Source: an uncultured Erysipelotrichaceae bacterium (GTDB taxonomy: Bacteria; Bacillota_I; Bacilli_A; RF39; UBA660). Taken from it: a DNA stretch of 64,000 nt. The stretch covers positions 165,815-229,814 of the forward strand of contig CADANX010000002.1 of the NCBI GenBank assembly GCA_902789425.1, read 5' to 3'. Below, piece after piece: positions 18,492-30,989 of this stretch; within the stretch, counting starts at the first letter, position 1, and each line of letters opens with the position of its first letter. Under the pieces are notes generated by a model. It did no database searches, was not told where the DNA came from, and saw only the letters and a list, made by a program, of their open reading frames with translations. Both the position numbers and the translations under genes were made by a program.

Positions 18492-18508
18492 ATAAATCAA
18501 ATCCTTTT

Positions 18509-21145
18509 TTAAGCATTAATCCCCTTTACAGTAAGTTCTGTAGGTCTTTTTTTAGCTTCTTTTTTCTTTTTACCTTTTTTAGGAGGCATATTCTTTTTAT
18601 TTTCTTTTCTATTAATTTTAATTAATTCAAATTTACTAAGTATTTGACTTGATAATAATACAGATGAATAAGTACCTGCAATAAGACCTATTAAAATAGC
18701 TATATCAAATGCTAATATTTCTCTTGAACCAAGAGTTATTAAGCAAATAATTGGAAGCATAGTTGTAATTGTTGTATTAATAGAACGAGTAATTGTACTT
18801 CTTAAACTTTCATTAACAATAACACCCATTAATTCTTTTGTTTGTTTTTCATTTTTATGATTTTTATGAATCTCACGAATTCTATCAAATATTACTATAG
18901 TATCATTTATAGAGTAACCTATAATAGTCAAGATTGCAGCTATAAAGATTGAACTAATTTCAAATTTAAATAGTAAGAATAATGCAATAATTATAAATAC
19001 ATCGTGTAATAATGCAAGTACTGCACTAATTGCATATGTTCCAGCATATCTTAATGAAATATATACAATTATACCAATTACAGCAAAGAATAATGAATAA
19101 ATTGCATTTTTAATTAAATCTTGTTTAACTAAGTTAGATACAACTGCTATTTCAGTGTTAGCATTATATTTCTTTTCAAAATATTTATTTGTACTCTTTA
19201 CTTCATTTTCATCAAGAGTATTACTAACTTTAATGTAATATGAATTATTATCTTTATCTTTTGTAAATTCAGTCATATCTAGTTTTAAACTAGCAAGATC
19301 TTTTTTAATTTCACTTTTAGAAATATCTTTTTTAGTTGATATTGTAATATCACTACCACCAGTAAAATCTATACCAAAGTTAACACCTGTAGATATACCA
19401 GCAATAACACCAATAACTATAACAATTATTGATACTGTTAAGAATTTAGCAAAATGTTTAATAAAATCAAATCTAATTTCTTTTTTCTTTTTATTTTTAT
19501 CATAATTAATATATAATTTTAATTTATTATCAAAGAATCCTGTATTAATAAAGATTTTAGTAATAAATCTAGTAATAAATATAATTATAAGCATTGTCAT
19601 AATAATATTTATAATAAGCATTGTAGCAAATCCTTTAACAGAACTTTCACCAAACGCAAATAAGATAACAGCAACTATAAATGTAGTTACGTTTGAATCT
19701 AGTATTGCACTAAATGAATTTTTACTACCATTTTTATATGATGTTTTAAGACTCTTATTATTTCTTAGTTCTTCTTTAATTCTTTCACAAGTAATAACAT
19801 TAGCATCAACTGCCATTCCAATACCAAGTACCATAGCAGCTATACCAGGAAGTGTTAAAACACCATCAATCAAATAAAATACAAGTAATGTTGCAAATGT
19901 ATAAATAAGAATTGCAAATGATGCAATAGCACCTGAAAAACGATAATAAGCAACCATAAAAATTAGTATTAAGAATACACCAATAACACCGGCTACTTTT
20001 GTTTTATCAAGAGCACCTTCACCAAATTCAGAACCAACTGTTTTTGATGAAATCTCTTTAAATTTAACATTTGTTGAACCACTATTAATTAAATCAACTA
20101 AGTTTTTAGCATTTTCTTCAGAAAAATTACCAGTAATAATTACATTAGAAGAGAATCCTTCTTTAACAGTTGCAGCAGATAAACATTTTGCTTCATTTAA
20201 ATCTTCAAAATCACCACATTTGTCTTTAGATGCAGCATAACTATCACCTTCTGATTTATCATAATCAAGCCAAATAACGATCAATTTATCTTCAGTTTGA
20301 CTAATTTGTGATGTTACTTCATAAAATTTATCTTTATCTGCAATATTAAGTAAAATTGCAGGATTACCACTTTCATCTTGTGATACTTTAGCAGCGCTTC
20401 CATTTTTTAATACGCTTTTATCCATTAATTTTTTATCATTACTATCTCTAAATGATAATTCACCAGCTACTGTAATATAATTTCTAGCTGAATCAGGATC
20501 AGTTACACCAGCAAGTTTAACTCGTATTTTATCAGTTCCTTCGATTGTAAGTTCCGGTTCTGTAACACCTAGTTTATCTATTCTTCTAAGCATTGTTCTA
20601 TAAGTATCTTCAAGTTCTGATGTAGTTAATTTTTTCTTATCAGCACTTTTTACTTGATATAAAATTTCAAAACCACCTGCTAAATCTAACCCTTTAGTAA
20701 TATTGTTAAATACTGTTGGTATTAATAATGTTAATGCTGCAACTACAGTAAGAACTACTGAGAAAATATTTGCAAACACGAAATTCTTACTTTTATATGT
20801 ATTATTAGCATCATATTTACTTTTATCAAGCGATAATACTAAATATCCTATAACTGGTAAAAAAATAAGTAAAACAGTAAAGGCTTTAGTTCTATTAAAT
20901 CTTTTACCTACCTTTATATTTAAATAAATCCATAAAAGTATATTAGCTGGGCTAATTAAAAGTCCAATTAAATAATACCATTTTAAATCTAATAAATCTA
21001 AAAACTTTATATATCTAAATACAGGTATTAAAGCTATTCCTTTCTTAGTTTTTGTTTTGTTAAATATATTAACCAATATAAAACTAGATAAAAGATAATA
21101 AACTACTACAAAAATTATACTTTGAATTAATGTATTATATTCCAT
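18509..21145 (-). CDS. secDF: protein translocase subunit SecDF fusion with an extra N-terminal DUF5684-like membrane domain
   Basis: SecD signature GLDLAGGFEILYQV after a TM segment. SecD and SecF RND-like TM bundles follow (GIAAMVLGIGMAVDANVI...; LLHDVFIIIALF...). The first ~112 aa align to the ORF at 936-1322. AGGAGG SD before ATG at 21145. Confidence 0.9.
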   Translation of the reverse strand: MEYNTLIQSIIFVVVYYLLSSFILVNIFNKTKTKKGIALIPVFRYIKFLDLLDLKWYYLIGLLISPANILLWIYLNIKVGKRFNRTKAFTVLLIFLPVIGYLVLSLDKSKYDANNTYKSKNFVFANIFSVVLTVVAALTLLIPTVFNNITKGLDLAGGFEILYQVKSADKKKLTTSELEDTYRTMLRRIDKLGVTEPELTIEGTDKIRVKLAGVTDPDSARNYITVAGELSFRDSNDKKLMDKSVLKNGSAAKVSQDESGNPAILLNIADKDKFYEVTSQISQTEDKLIVIWLDYDKSEGDSYAASKDKCGDFEDLNEAKCLSAATVKEGFSSNVIITGNFSEENAKNLVDLINSGSTNVKFKEISSKTVGSEFGEGALDKTKVAGVIGVFLILIFMVAYYRFSGAIASFAILIYTFATLLVFYLIDGVLTLPGIAAMVLGIGMAVDANVITCERIKEELRNNKSLKTSYKNGSKNSFSAILDSNVTTFIVAVILFAFGESSVKGFATMLIINIIMTMLIIIFITRFITKIFINTGFFDNKLKLYINYDKNKKKKEIRFDFIKHFAKFLTVSIIVIVIGVIAGISTGVNFGIDFTGGSDITISTKKDISKSEIKKDLASLKLDMTEFTKDKDNNSYYIKVSNTLDENEVKSTNKYFEKKYNANTEIAVVSNLVKQDLIKNAIYSLFFAVIGIIVYISLRYAGTYAISAVLALLHDVFIIIALFLLFKFEISSIFIAAILTIIGYSINDTIVIFDRIREIHKNHKNEKQTKELMGVIVNESLRSTITRSINTTITTMLPIICLITLGSREILAFDIAILIGLIAGTYSSVLLSSQILSKFELIKINRKENKKNMPPKKGKKKKEAKKRPTELTVKGINA

Positions 21146-21318
21146 AATAACTACCTCCTAAAAAATTAATAAAATGTTAAAAACCCTCTTTTTTCTTTTT
21201 TTAGCCTTATTTGATTTTATCTTTTTTCATTTTTATTGGCTTATACATATTAATTATACAAAAAAAAATTAATTTTTTAAAGTAAAAAACATATATTTAA
21301 AATAAAAAGAGGAAAAAA

Positions 21319-22605
21319 ATGAATAATAAATTTATTAAGTCTACGATTTTATTAATTATTGGTGGTTTTATTACAAAATTATTTAGTATTTTTATAAAAA
21401 TTATTCTAACAAGAAACTTAGGAATGATAGGTCTTAGTAAATATATGCTTATTATGCCTACTTTTAATTTATTTATAGTGCTTGCTCAAAATAGTTTTGA
21501 TATATCTGTAAGTAAACTTATTTCAGAAGAAAAAATAAGTTCTAAAAAAATAGTATATGCATCATTGTATATTTCTTTTTTTATTTCAATTATTCTTGGA
21601 ATAATACTTTATTTTACTTCGCCTATTATATCAAATTTACTTCATTGTAATGATTTATCATTCGTAATTTTTTCTATTTCTTTTACTCTGCCTTTTATAT
21701 CAATTTCGCTGATAATAAGAAGTTATTTTTTTGGAAAAGAAAAAATATGGCCGCACATAATATCTAATATAATAGAACAATTAATCAGACTATTATTATT
21801 TGTTTTTCTTTTGCCATATTTTAGGAATATAAGTGTAATAAATGGAATATTATTTGTAGTACTATCAAATGTAATAAGTGAAACTTCATCAATTGTTATT
21901 TTATATTTCTTTTTACCTAAAGATATAGATTTTAATTATAAAAAAATTGAAAAAGAAGTATTTATAGATATACTTAATATATCATTATCTAGTACATCAT
22001 CTAGAATTATTGGTACAATTACATATTTTTTTGAACCTATACTGCTTACTAATATACTTTTATACAAAGGATTTTCTATTAATTATATAAATACCGAGTA
22101 TGGTATATTAACTGGATATGTCTTTCCTCTTTTACTTCTTCCTTCATTTTTTTCTATGTCTATTTCACAAACAAGTATACCTTTAATTACAAAAGCCAAG
22201 AAAACTAAAAATAAAACTTATTTAAAAAAGAAAATATATGAATCAATTGGTTTTTCTTTATTAATAGGCTTATTTTTTACAATTAATTTTATAATACTTG
22301 GTAAAGAATTATTATTCTTTTTATATAAAACAAAACTAGGAATTAATTATTTAAAGTTATGTGCACCATTTTTTATTATGTATTATGCAGAGGGTCCAGT
22401 TAATTCTATAATGCAAGCTCTTGGAAAAAGTAAAAGTGCACTTATAACTACAATAAATGGATCGATAATTAGAATTCTTTTATTAATAATATTATGTTAT
22501 TTAAAATTTGGAATATATTCTTTAATTATAAGTACAATTGTTAATATATATTATATTACTATTATAAATTTTCTTAAAATAAAAAAAGAAATCAATCTTT
22601 CTTAA
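21319..22605 (+). CDS. MOP-superfamily polysaccharide/lipid II flippase-like protein (SpoVB/MurJ-like)
   Basis: 428 aa with ~12 TM segments. N-terminus KSTILLIIGGFITKLFSIFIKIILTRNLG is typical of SpoVB/polysaccharide biosynthesis proteins. Its position next to a yrbG-like gene matches Bacillus spoVB. Confidence 0.55.
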   Translation: MNNKFIKSTILLIIGGFITKLFSIFIKIILTRNLGMIGLSKYMLIMPTFNLFIVLAQNSFDISVSKLISEEKISSKKIVYASLYISFFISIILGIILYFTSPIISNLLHCNDLSFVIFSISFTLPFISISLIIRSYFFGKEKIWPHIISNIIEQLIRLLLFVFLLPYFRNISVINGILFVVLSNVISETSSIVILYFFLPKDIDFNYKKIEKEVFIDILNISLSSTSSRIIGTITYFFEPILLTNILLYKGFSINYINTEYGILTGYVFPLLLLPSFFSMSISQTSIPLITKAKKTKNKTYLKKKIYESIGFSLLIGLFFTINFIILGKELLFFLYKTKLGINYLKLCAPFFIMYYAEGPVNSIMQALGKSKSALITTINGSIIRILLLIILCYLKFGIYSLIISTIVNIYYITIINFLKIKKEINLS

Positions 22606-23221
22606 TTATATATAAATCACCATTATTATAAAACGCATAAAAAATTTCATCTAATTTAATTTTTTTCTTCACTAAAATATCACTAATCCATTTAATATTT
22701 TTATTAATATAATTAAGATTATCCATTTCAATTTCACCATCAAGTATTATCGGTAAAGGAAAAGATTTATTTTTATCATCTTTTTTAAATATAGATAATG
22801 AACCGTTATTTTCAAGTACTGCATAATCTATATCCTCTATAGATTTAACAGATTTTTCTCTTAATTGAACAAATAAATCAGATAATGAGTATCTTAATTT
22901 TTTCATTTCACTAATATTAAGTTTACCTTTATTAATAATAACACTTTCTCTACCATCAAGTGCATTTCTTACTTTATTATTTTTTAATGCTAGAAATGAT
23001 AAAAAAACTTGTAGTAAAACAAGAATAATAATGGGTACTACAACATACATAATAGTTGTTTTATAATTTTCAATAGATAATGCTATTAACTGAGAAATCA
23101 GCATATTTATAATTAAATCAAATGTACCAAGTTCACCTACTTCTCTTTTACCCATAATCTTATACGAAATACCAACTACAAAATAAAAGAATACTGTTCT
23201 AAAAATTATTCTGAAAATCAT
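22592..23221 (-). CDS. DUF421 (YetF/YrbG-like) membrane protein
   Basis: N-terminal TM region, KIMGKREVGELGTFDLI motif, and a C-terminal soluble domain. Confidence 0.7.
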   Translation of the reverse strand: MIFRIIFRTVFFYFVVGISYKIMGKREVGELGTFDLIINMLISQLIALSIENYKTTIMYVVVPIIILVLLQVFLSFLALKNNKVRNALDGRESVIINKGKLNISEMKKLRYSLSDLFVQLREKSVKSIEDIDYAVLENNGSLSIFKKDDKNKSFPLPIILDGEIEMDNLNYINKNIKWISDILVKKKIKLDEIFYAFYNNGDLYIIKKD

Positions 23222-23293
23222 ATTATCACCATTAATATTATTAATAATTAGAATATATTTATACTATATGAATAATATTTATTAGGTGATATT

Positions 23294-25799
<2,506 letters not shown>

Positions 25800-25820
25800 A
25801 TTAATCACTTCCGTTATAAG

Positions 25821-25829
25821 ATTATATCA
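25821..25829 (-). promoter_or_regulatory. extended -10 element (TGATATAAT) upstream of queA
   Basis: Minus strand reads TGATATAAT immediately downstream of the ruvB terminator hairpin. Confidence 0.4.
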
Positions 25830-25834
25830 TAAAA

Positions 25835-25859
25835 AAAATTATATTTAAAATATAATTTT
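25835..25859 (-). terminator. AT-only palindromic hairpin/terminator after ruvB (copy 1 of a repeated 25-mer)
   Basis: AAAATTATAT-TTAAA-ATATAATTTT, a 10-bp stem abutting the ruvB stop and flanked by A/T runs. Confidence 0.45.
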
Positions 25860-26844
25860 AATTTTTATCAATATTTAAATGTTTATATGCTTTATCTGTA
25901 ACCACTCTCCCTCTTTGAGTTCTTTTAATATAACCATTTTGAAGTAGATATGGTTCATATACATCCTCAATAGTAGAAACTTCTTCACCAATAGCTGCTG
26001 AAAGTGAATCAATACCAACTGGACCACCATTAAATTTATAAATAATTGCTTTTAAATAGTTATGGTCAGTATCATCGAGTCCTTCACTATCAACTTTTAA
26101 TCTATCTAATGAGTTTCTACATATTTCTTTTGTAATTATTCCATTACCTTCAACTAAAGCAAAATCTCTTACTCTTTTAAGTAATCTATTTACTATTCTA
26201 GGAGTTCCTCTTGCTCTTCTTGCAAGTTCAATTGCTGCTTCTTCTTCTATTTCAATATCTAAAACTTTAGCACTTCTTTTTGCTATAAGTGTTAAATCTT
26301 TAATATTATAGTATTCTAATTTTGAAATAATACCAAATCTATCTCTAAGCGGTGAACTTATATCACCAGCTCTTGTTGTTGCACCAACTAATGTAAATGG
26401 TGGTAAATCAATTTTAATTGATCTTGATGATGATCCTTCAGAATTAATCATAATATCTAATGTGAAATCTTCCATTGCTGGATAAAGAATTTCTTCAATT
26501 ATTCTTGGCATTCTATGTATTTCATCAATAAATAATACATCACCTTCTTCAAGTGAAGAAAGCACTGAAGCTAAATCACCTTGTTTTTCAATTGTTGGAC
26601 CACTAACAGTTTTTATATTTCTTCCAAGCTCATTTGCAATAATATATGCAAGTGTTGTTTTACCAAGTCCTGGAGGACCATATAATAATGTATGATCTAA
26701 AGATTCATCTCTCATTTTAGCTGCTTCAATGAATACTTTCATGTTTTCTTTAACAAAATCTTGTCCAATATATTCATCAAGCATTTGAGGTCTTATTTGT
26801 TCTTCAAATTCATCTTTTTCATTAGGATTAATAATATCGTTCAT
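25858..26844 (-). CDS. ruvB: Holliday junction branch migration helicase RuvB
   Basis: [12 protein letters not shown], Walker [10 protein letters not shown], Walker [19 protein letters not shown]. Confidence 0.95.
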   Translation of the reverse strand: MNDIINPNEKDEFEEQIRPQMLDEYIGQDFVKENMKVFIEAAKMRDESLDHTLLYGPPGLGKTTLAYIIANELGRNIKTVSGPTIEKQGDLASVLSSLEEGDVLFIDEIHRMPRIIEEILYPAMEDFTLDIMINSEGSSSRSIKIDLPPFTLVGATTRAGDISSPLRDRFGIISKLEYYNIKDLTLIAKRSAKVLDIEIEEEAAIELARRARGTPRIVNRLLKRVRDFALVEGNGIITKEICRNSLDRLKVDSEGLDDTDHNYLKAIIYKFNGGPVGIDSLSAAIGEEVSTIEDVYEPYLLQNGYIKRTQRGRVVTDKAYKHLNIDKN

Positions 26845-26856
26845 AATTTCTCCTTT

Positions 26857-27402
26857 CTATTTAAGTAATAATTTTAATGCTTCTTTTATTTGATTTTCAA
26901 TTGTGTCACTACCATTAACATTTCCAATAACTTTAGAAATATCAGCTTGTTTATATCCAAGTGCTTTTAATGCGTCAGATAGCTCACTATTAATATTTTT
27001 TTCAACTTTTGGAGCTAGTTTACCTTTTAAATCAAGAATTATTTGTCTAGCAGCTTTTTCTCCAATTTTAGGCATTTTCTTAAGATAATTAATATTTTCA
27101 CTTTCAATCGCATCCATAAGCGCACTACTGCCCCCATTTGCAAACATAGGAAGGGCTGTTTTTGGACCAAGTCCTTTAACGTTTATAAGTTTTAAAAATA
27201 AATCTCTATCTTCTATATTCTTAAAACCATATAATGACATTTCATCTTCTCTTACATATTGATATATAAATACTTTATTTTTTTCGCCTATATTAAATGA
27301 ATAAGGATTGCTTACAAATATTTTATATCCAACATTATTGTTATCAATAACGATATAACCACTTTCAAGAGAAATAATTTCTCCAACTATATAATCATAC
27401 AT
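26857..27402 (-). CDS. ruvA: Holliday junction DNA-binding protein RuvA
   Basis: MYDYIVGEI... OB domain, HhH pair LINVKGLGPKTAL and LKKMPKIGEKAARQIILDLK. Confidence 0.9.
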   Translation of the reverse strand: MYDYIVGEIISLESGYIVIDNNNVGYKIFVSNPYSFNIGEKNKVFIYQYVREDEMSLYGFKNIEDRDLFLKLINVKGLGPKTALPMFANGGSSALMDAIESENINYLKKMPKIGEKAARQIILDLKGKLAPKVEKNINSELSDALKALGYKQADISKVIGNVNGSDTIENQIKEALKLLLK

Positions 27403-27478
27403 ATTATCTACCTTCTTTATTCAATTTTAACATACATTAGTTCGCTAATCAATATAAAATAAAAAAAATTTAAAAATT

Positions 27479-27904
27479 TTACTTTTTAAACTTTTTTAAA
27501 AATTCTTTATGTTTAGACTTTTCTTGCGCTTGTTCTTCAAGAAAATTATGTACTAAACTTCTTGATTTATTAATAAAATCTTTATCTCTTACAGAAACTC
27601 CATTAATCGAGATTAAACTTTTTTTATTAAATTTAAAATGAATAGATTCTTTTTTTCTAAAAATACTAAGTTCACAATAATCATTATCATATTTAATCAC
27701 TTGATTCTTTTTAACAAATTTAGAAAAGAAATCATAATATTTATCATTAATAGTAATAATAAAATCATCTTCATATATTTCACCAAATGATTTCATGCAT
27801 AATGATACTCTATCTTCTTTAAATTCTATTAATAACGCATTTATTTTTTCCTTGCTATATGTAGTAAAAATAATCTTATTATTAATAACTAAATAATACA
27901 TCAT
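27479..27904 (-). CDS. hypothetical protein, 141 aa
   Basis: ORF begins 3 nt after the upstream gene's stop. No motif recognised. Confidence 0.45.
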   Translation of the reverse strand: MMYYLVINNKIIFTTYSKEKINALLIEFKEDRVSLCMKSFGEIYEDDFIITINDKYYDFFSKFVKKNQVIKYDNDYCELSIFRKKESIHFKFNKKSLISINGVSVRDKDFINKSRSLVHNFLEEQAQEKSKHKEFLKKFKK

Positions 27905-27906
27905 AA

Positions 27907-29205
27907 TTATTTCCTTATACTTTTAATCTTTTCCTTTATTTCATTAATTTCTTTATTATCTATATCAATTACTCTTTCTTCTTTATTATATGTATATGAT
28001 TTTCTATTATTAGCATTACCAATTAAAATTACATCTTCATTATTTTTTATAAAGAAGAAATCATTTTTAAATATATCAATCAATTCTTGATAATTCAAAT
28101 TACTTTTTACATGATTCTTACTATAATCTAATATATCATCATATTTAAATAATAAGTTTTTACTAAATAATTTAAACTTAAATGAATTATATGCACTCTT
28201 ATTCTTTTTAACATCATCATTTATATATTTATAGAAATTTTCTCCATCTAAAACTTTATTATTTAATTCTATACCATTTAAATTATTTACTGTTTTAACA
28301 ACAAAATCTTTATCTACTTTTAAATAATAATCTATATTAACATCAAGTAATTGTGCTACAGAATTAGTATATATAAATGTTCCATAATTAAGTGTATATT
28401 TAAGTAATTCTCTTTTTCCTGGTGAATTATATAAATTAATATATAAATTATTAGGCAAAAATACTGTCATTGTTTTTTTAGTTTCTTTATTTACAATTAA
28501 TAAAATATTTGCAATAGAATCTTCATCATATTTAGCGTCTGATGAAACACTTATTAAAATAACATAACTATCCTTTCTTTCATTAATATTATCAAATGAT
28601 GTAAGTTTTAAATCATAATTATATACTTCCTTATAATCTTTAAAATTATCTGAATCCTTTAAAGAAATACTTGGAACAACAAGTGCGTCTACATACTTTT
28701 TATCATAAGCTTTTATTAATGAAGAATAACTATCATAATCAGATGTAATAAAACTATATGATAAATTTTTAGTTAGTGCTACCTTTGACTCTGTTAAATT
28801 AGGAAAAGTTATAAATCCCAATTTTTTATTATCTAAATCTTTTATTTTTATATCTTTATCTTTTTTTACAATAACTGAGTATTTAATTAAATCATTATTA
28901 TTACTAGTTACTTTTTCAATAAAATTAAAAGTAGATATTAAATAAATGATAAGATTAAAATATATAATAATAAATATAAAAGAAATAAATGTTAAAATAC
29001 GTCTTTTTTTTATATTCTTATTTTTATTTTCAATATAATTTATTAATAATAAATCAATAAGTATTATTAATGAATCTAATACAACAGCATACATTAATTT
29101 AATAATACTTAGTTTATATATAGAATACATAAGAGATATGCTCATTACAATTAATATCATAGATGTTATTGATATTGCTAAGTTATGAATTCTATTTTTT
29201 TTCAT
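27907..29205 (-). CDS. membrane-anchored LytR-CpsA-Psr (LCP)-like protein, apparently degenerate
   Basis: N-terminal TM segments. ILLIVNKETKKTMTVFLPNNLYINL and LLDVNIDYYLKVDKDFVVKTVNNLNGIEL resemble LCP core strands, but the conserved RSD / IPRD positions read DSIAN / LPNN. Confidence 0.45.
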   Translation of the reverse strand: MKKNRIHNLAISITSMILIVMSISLMYSIYKLSIIKLMYAVVLDSLIILIDLLLINYIENKNKNIKKRRILTFISFIFIIIYFNLIIYLISTFNFIEKVTSNNNDLIKYSVIVKKDKDIKIKDLDNKKLGFITFPNLTESKVALTKNLSYSFITSDYDSYSSLIKAYDKKYVDALVVPSISLKDSDNFKDYKEVYNYDLKLTSFDNINERKDSYVILISVSSDAKYDEDSIANILLIVNKETKKTMTVFLPNNLYINLYNSPGKRELLKYTLNYGTFIYTNSVAQLLDVNIDYYLKVDKDFVVKTVNNLNGIELNNKVLDGENFYKYINDDVKKNKSAYNSFKFKLFSKNLLFKYDDILDYSKNHVKSNLNYQELIDIFKNDFFFIKNNEDVILIGNANNRKSYTYNKEERVIDIDNKEINEIKEKIKSIRK

Positions 29206-29264
29206 ATAATCACAGCCTTTTATTGATAAATATTATATAATAAATTAGCCTAAAATTCAATATT

Positions 29265-29299
29265 TATAAAAAAATAAAAGACACTATTTTGTGTCTTTA
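29265..29299 (-). terminator. intrinsic terminator after rpmF
   Basis: AAAGACAC (29277-29284) / GTGTCTTT (29291-29298) hairpin followed on the minus strand by UUUUAUUUUUUU. Confidence 0.65.
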
Positions 29300-29484
29300 T
29301 TTTCACTACTTTCTTTCTCTAAAACATTTTTACCTTTGTAAAAACCACATTCTGGACAAGCTCTATGAGGTTTAATTGATGCACCACAGTTTTTACATTT
29401 AACAACTGAAGCTGCTTCTATTTTATAATGAGTTCTTCTCATTCTTCCACTAGTTTTAGAAACTTTTCTAAATGGTACTGCCAT
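29284..29484 (-). CDS. rpmF: 50S ribosomal protein L32
   Basis: MAVPFRKVSKTSGRMRRTH plus zinc ribbon CKNCG...CPECG. ATG at 29484 preferred over TTG at 29493. Confidence 0.9.
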   Translation of the reverse strand: MAVPFRKVSKTSGRMRRTHYKIEAASVVKCKNCGASIKPHRACPECGFYKGKNVLEKESSENKDTK

Positions 29485-29504
29485 TAAAATCAACTCCTTT
29501 CATG

Positions 29505-29987
29505 TTACTCTTTTATAAAATCTTTTAATTTTTCTAATCGAGTATCTTTTTCCTTTAATTCTTTTTCATCAGTTACAAGTCTCCACCCATCACCTTTATA
29601 ATTAGATCTATCGATGTCATCTTTTGTAACCTTAAGCGGAATTTCTAACAATATATTTTGCCATATAATTGGAATTAAATCAATACTATTATTAATAATT
29701 TTTATATATTCTTCGTCTTTAGAACCTAAATCTTCATTAATATTAACATCAATGTCATATATAACATCTTCAAGTGTAACAGAACATGGTAAAATTAGTT
29801 TTGTTTTAATATTAAGATTAAGTTCAAAAGATTCATCACCATGATAAACAATATTACCTTTTAAATAAACATCTTTTATATCTTTAATATCAAGATTTGA
29901 ATAAAGATCTTTATCTAAAGTAATTTTATCATCAATAATAATTTCTTTTACTTGATTTAATTTTAGTTTTAATAAATCTATTACCAT
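29505..29987 (-). CDS. yceD: YceD/DUF177 family protein (23S rRNA accumulation protein), classic rpmF partner
   Basis: Position immediately upstream of rpmF, acidic protein with LILPCSVTLEDV-type core. ATG at 29987 follows AGGTG. Confidence 0.7.
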   Translation of the reverse strand: MVIDLLKLKLNQVKEIIIDDKITLDKDLYSNLDIKDIKDVYLKGNIVYHGDESFELNLNIKTKLILPCSVTLEDVIYDIDVNINEDLGSKDEEYIKIINNSIDLIPIIWQNILLEIPLKVTKDDIDRSNYKGDGWRLVTDEKELKEKDTRLEKLKDFIKE

Positions 29988-30037
29988 AATTACACCTACG
30001 AATAAGATTATACTAAATATTTTATTAAAAATCAATA

Positions 30038-30988
30038 TTATATATTTAATAAAAACATTTCAAAACCTAAGAATCTATCAATATTACCACTTTTTATTTT
30101 ATAATCTAGTTCTGATAAATTTTTAATAATCATTATTAATTTATCTTTTGAAAAATTAGTTTCTTTTGAAAGTTTTATTCTATATGGATGCTCTTTTATT
30201 TCTTTTACCATTTCATTATCTGTATAACCTTGTTTTTGCATTAATTTAACAGATAATAACAATCTAAATTGATTAGATAATATAACAAGTAAATAACTAG
30301 GATCTAGGCCTGCTTTTATTAAATCATTATAAATATCAAATATTTCTTTTTTATTATTATTTACAATAGCGTTAGTAAGTGAAAAAACATTATCTTCTAA
30401 ATTATTTATTATTATTTCATTAATATCTTTACTAGTTATATCTTTATCATTATCTTTATATATAAATAATTTATCTATTTCACTTATAAGTAAACTTAAA
30501 TCAAGCCCTACTTTTTTTATAATAAGATTTATATCATTATTAGAAATCTTATAACCATTATCAGTTATATATTTTTTTAAATAATTATTTAGATCATAGT
30601 TTTCTATTTTTTTGTGTTCTGAAACTTTACATAGTTTTTTCATTTCTTTAACTATTTTTTTTCTTTCATCAAGTTTAACATTATGAACTACAAAGATCAT
30701 ATAAGAAAAGTCTGATGGATTATTTAAATAGTTTATAAGATAATCTAAATCATGATTCATATCTTTTTTTGAATCACCAGTTAAAAAACTAGAATTATCA
30801 CAAATAATTAATTTATTATTCATAAACATAGAAATAGTAGATGCATCAATTAAAGCATTATCTACTTTATCTTTTTCTAAATCATAATAAATAATATCAT
30901 CATTTGTGATATTATTTTTTTTAATTATATCCTTTATTTCTTTATTAATTAAATATTCTTCATCACCAAATATTAGGTAATTATGCAT
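30038..30988 (-). CDS. holA: DNA polymerase III delta subunit
   Basis: YLIFGDEEYLI, KLDERKK, LSNQFRLLLSVK, HPYRIKL and LDYKIKSG closely parallel Bacillus HolA (YqeN). Confidence 0.9.
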   Translation of the reverse strand: MHNYLIFGDEEYLINKEIKDIIKKNNITNDDIIYYDLEKDKVDNALIDASTISMFMNNKLIICDNSSFLTGDSKKDMNHDLDYLINYLNNPSDFSYMIFVVHNVKLDERKKIVKEMKKLCKVSEHKKIENYDLNNYLKKYITDNGYKISNNDINLIIKKVGLDLSLLISEIDKLFIYKDNDKDITSKDINEIIINNLEDNVFSLTNAIVNNNKKEIFDIYNDLIKAGLDPSYLLVILSNQFRLLLSVKLMQKQGYTDNEMVKEIKEHPYRIKLSKETNFSKDKLIMIIKNLSELDYKIKSGNIDRFLGFEMFLLNI

Positions 30989-30989
30989 A

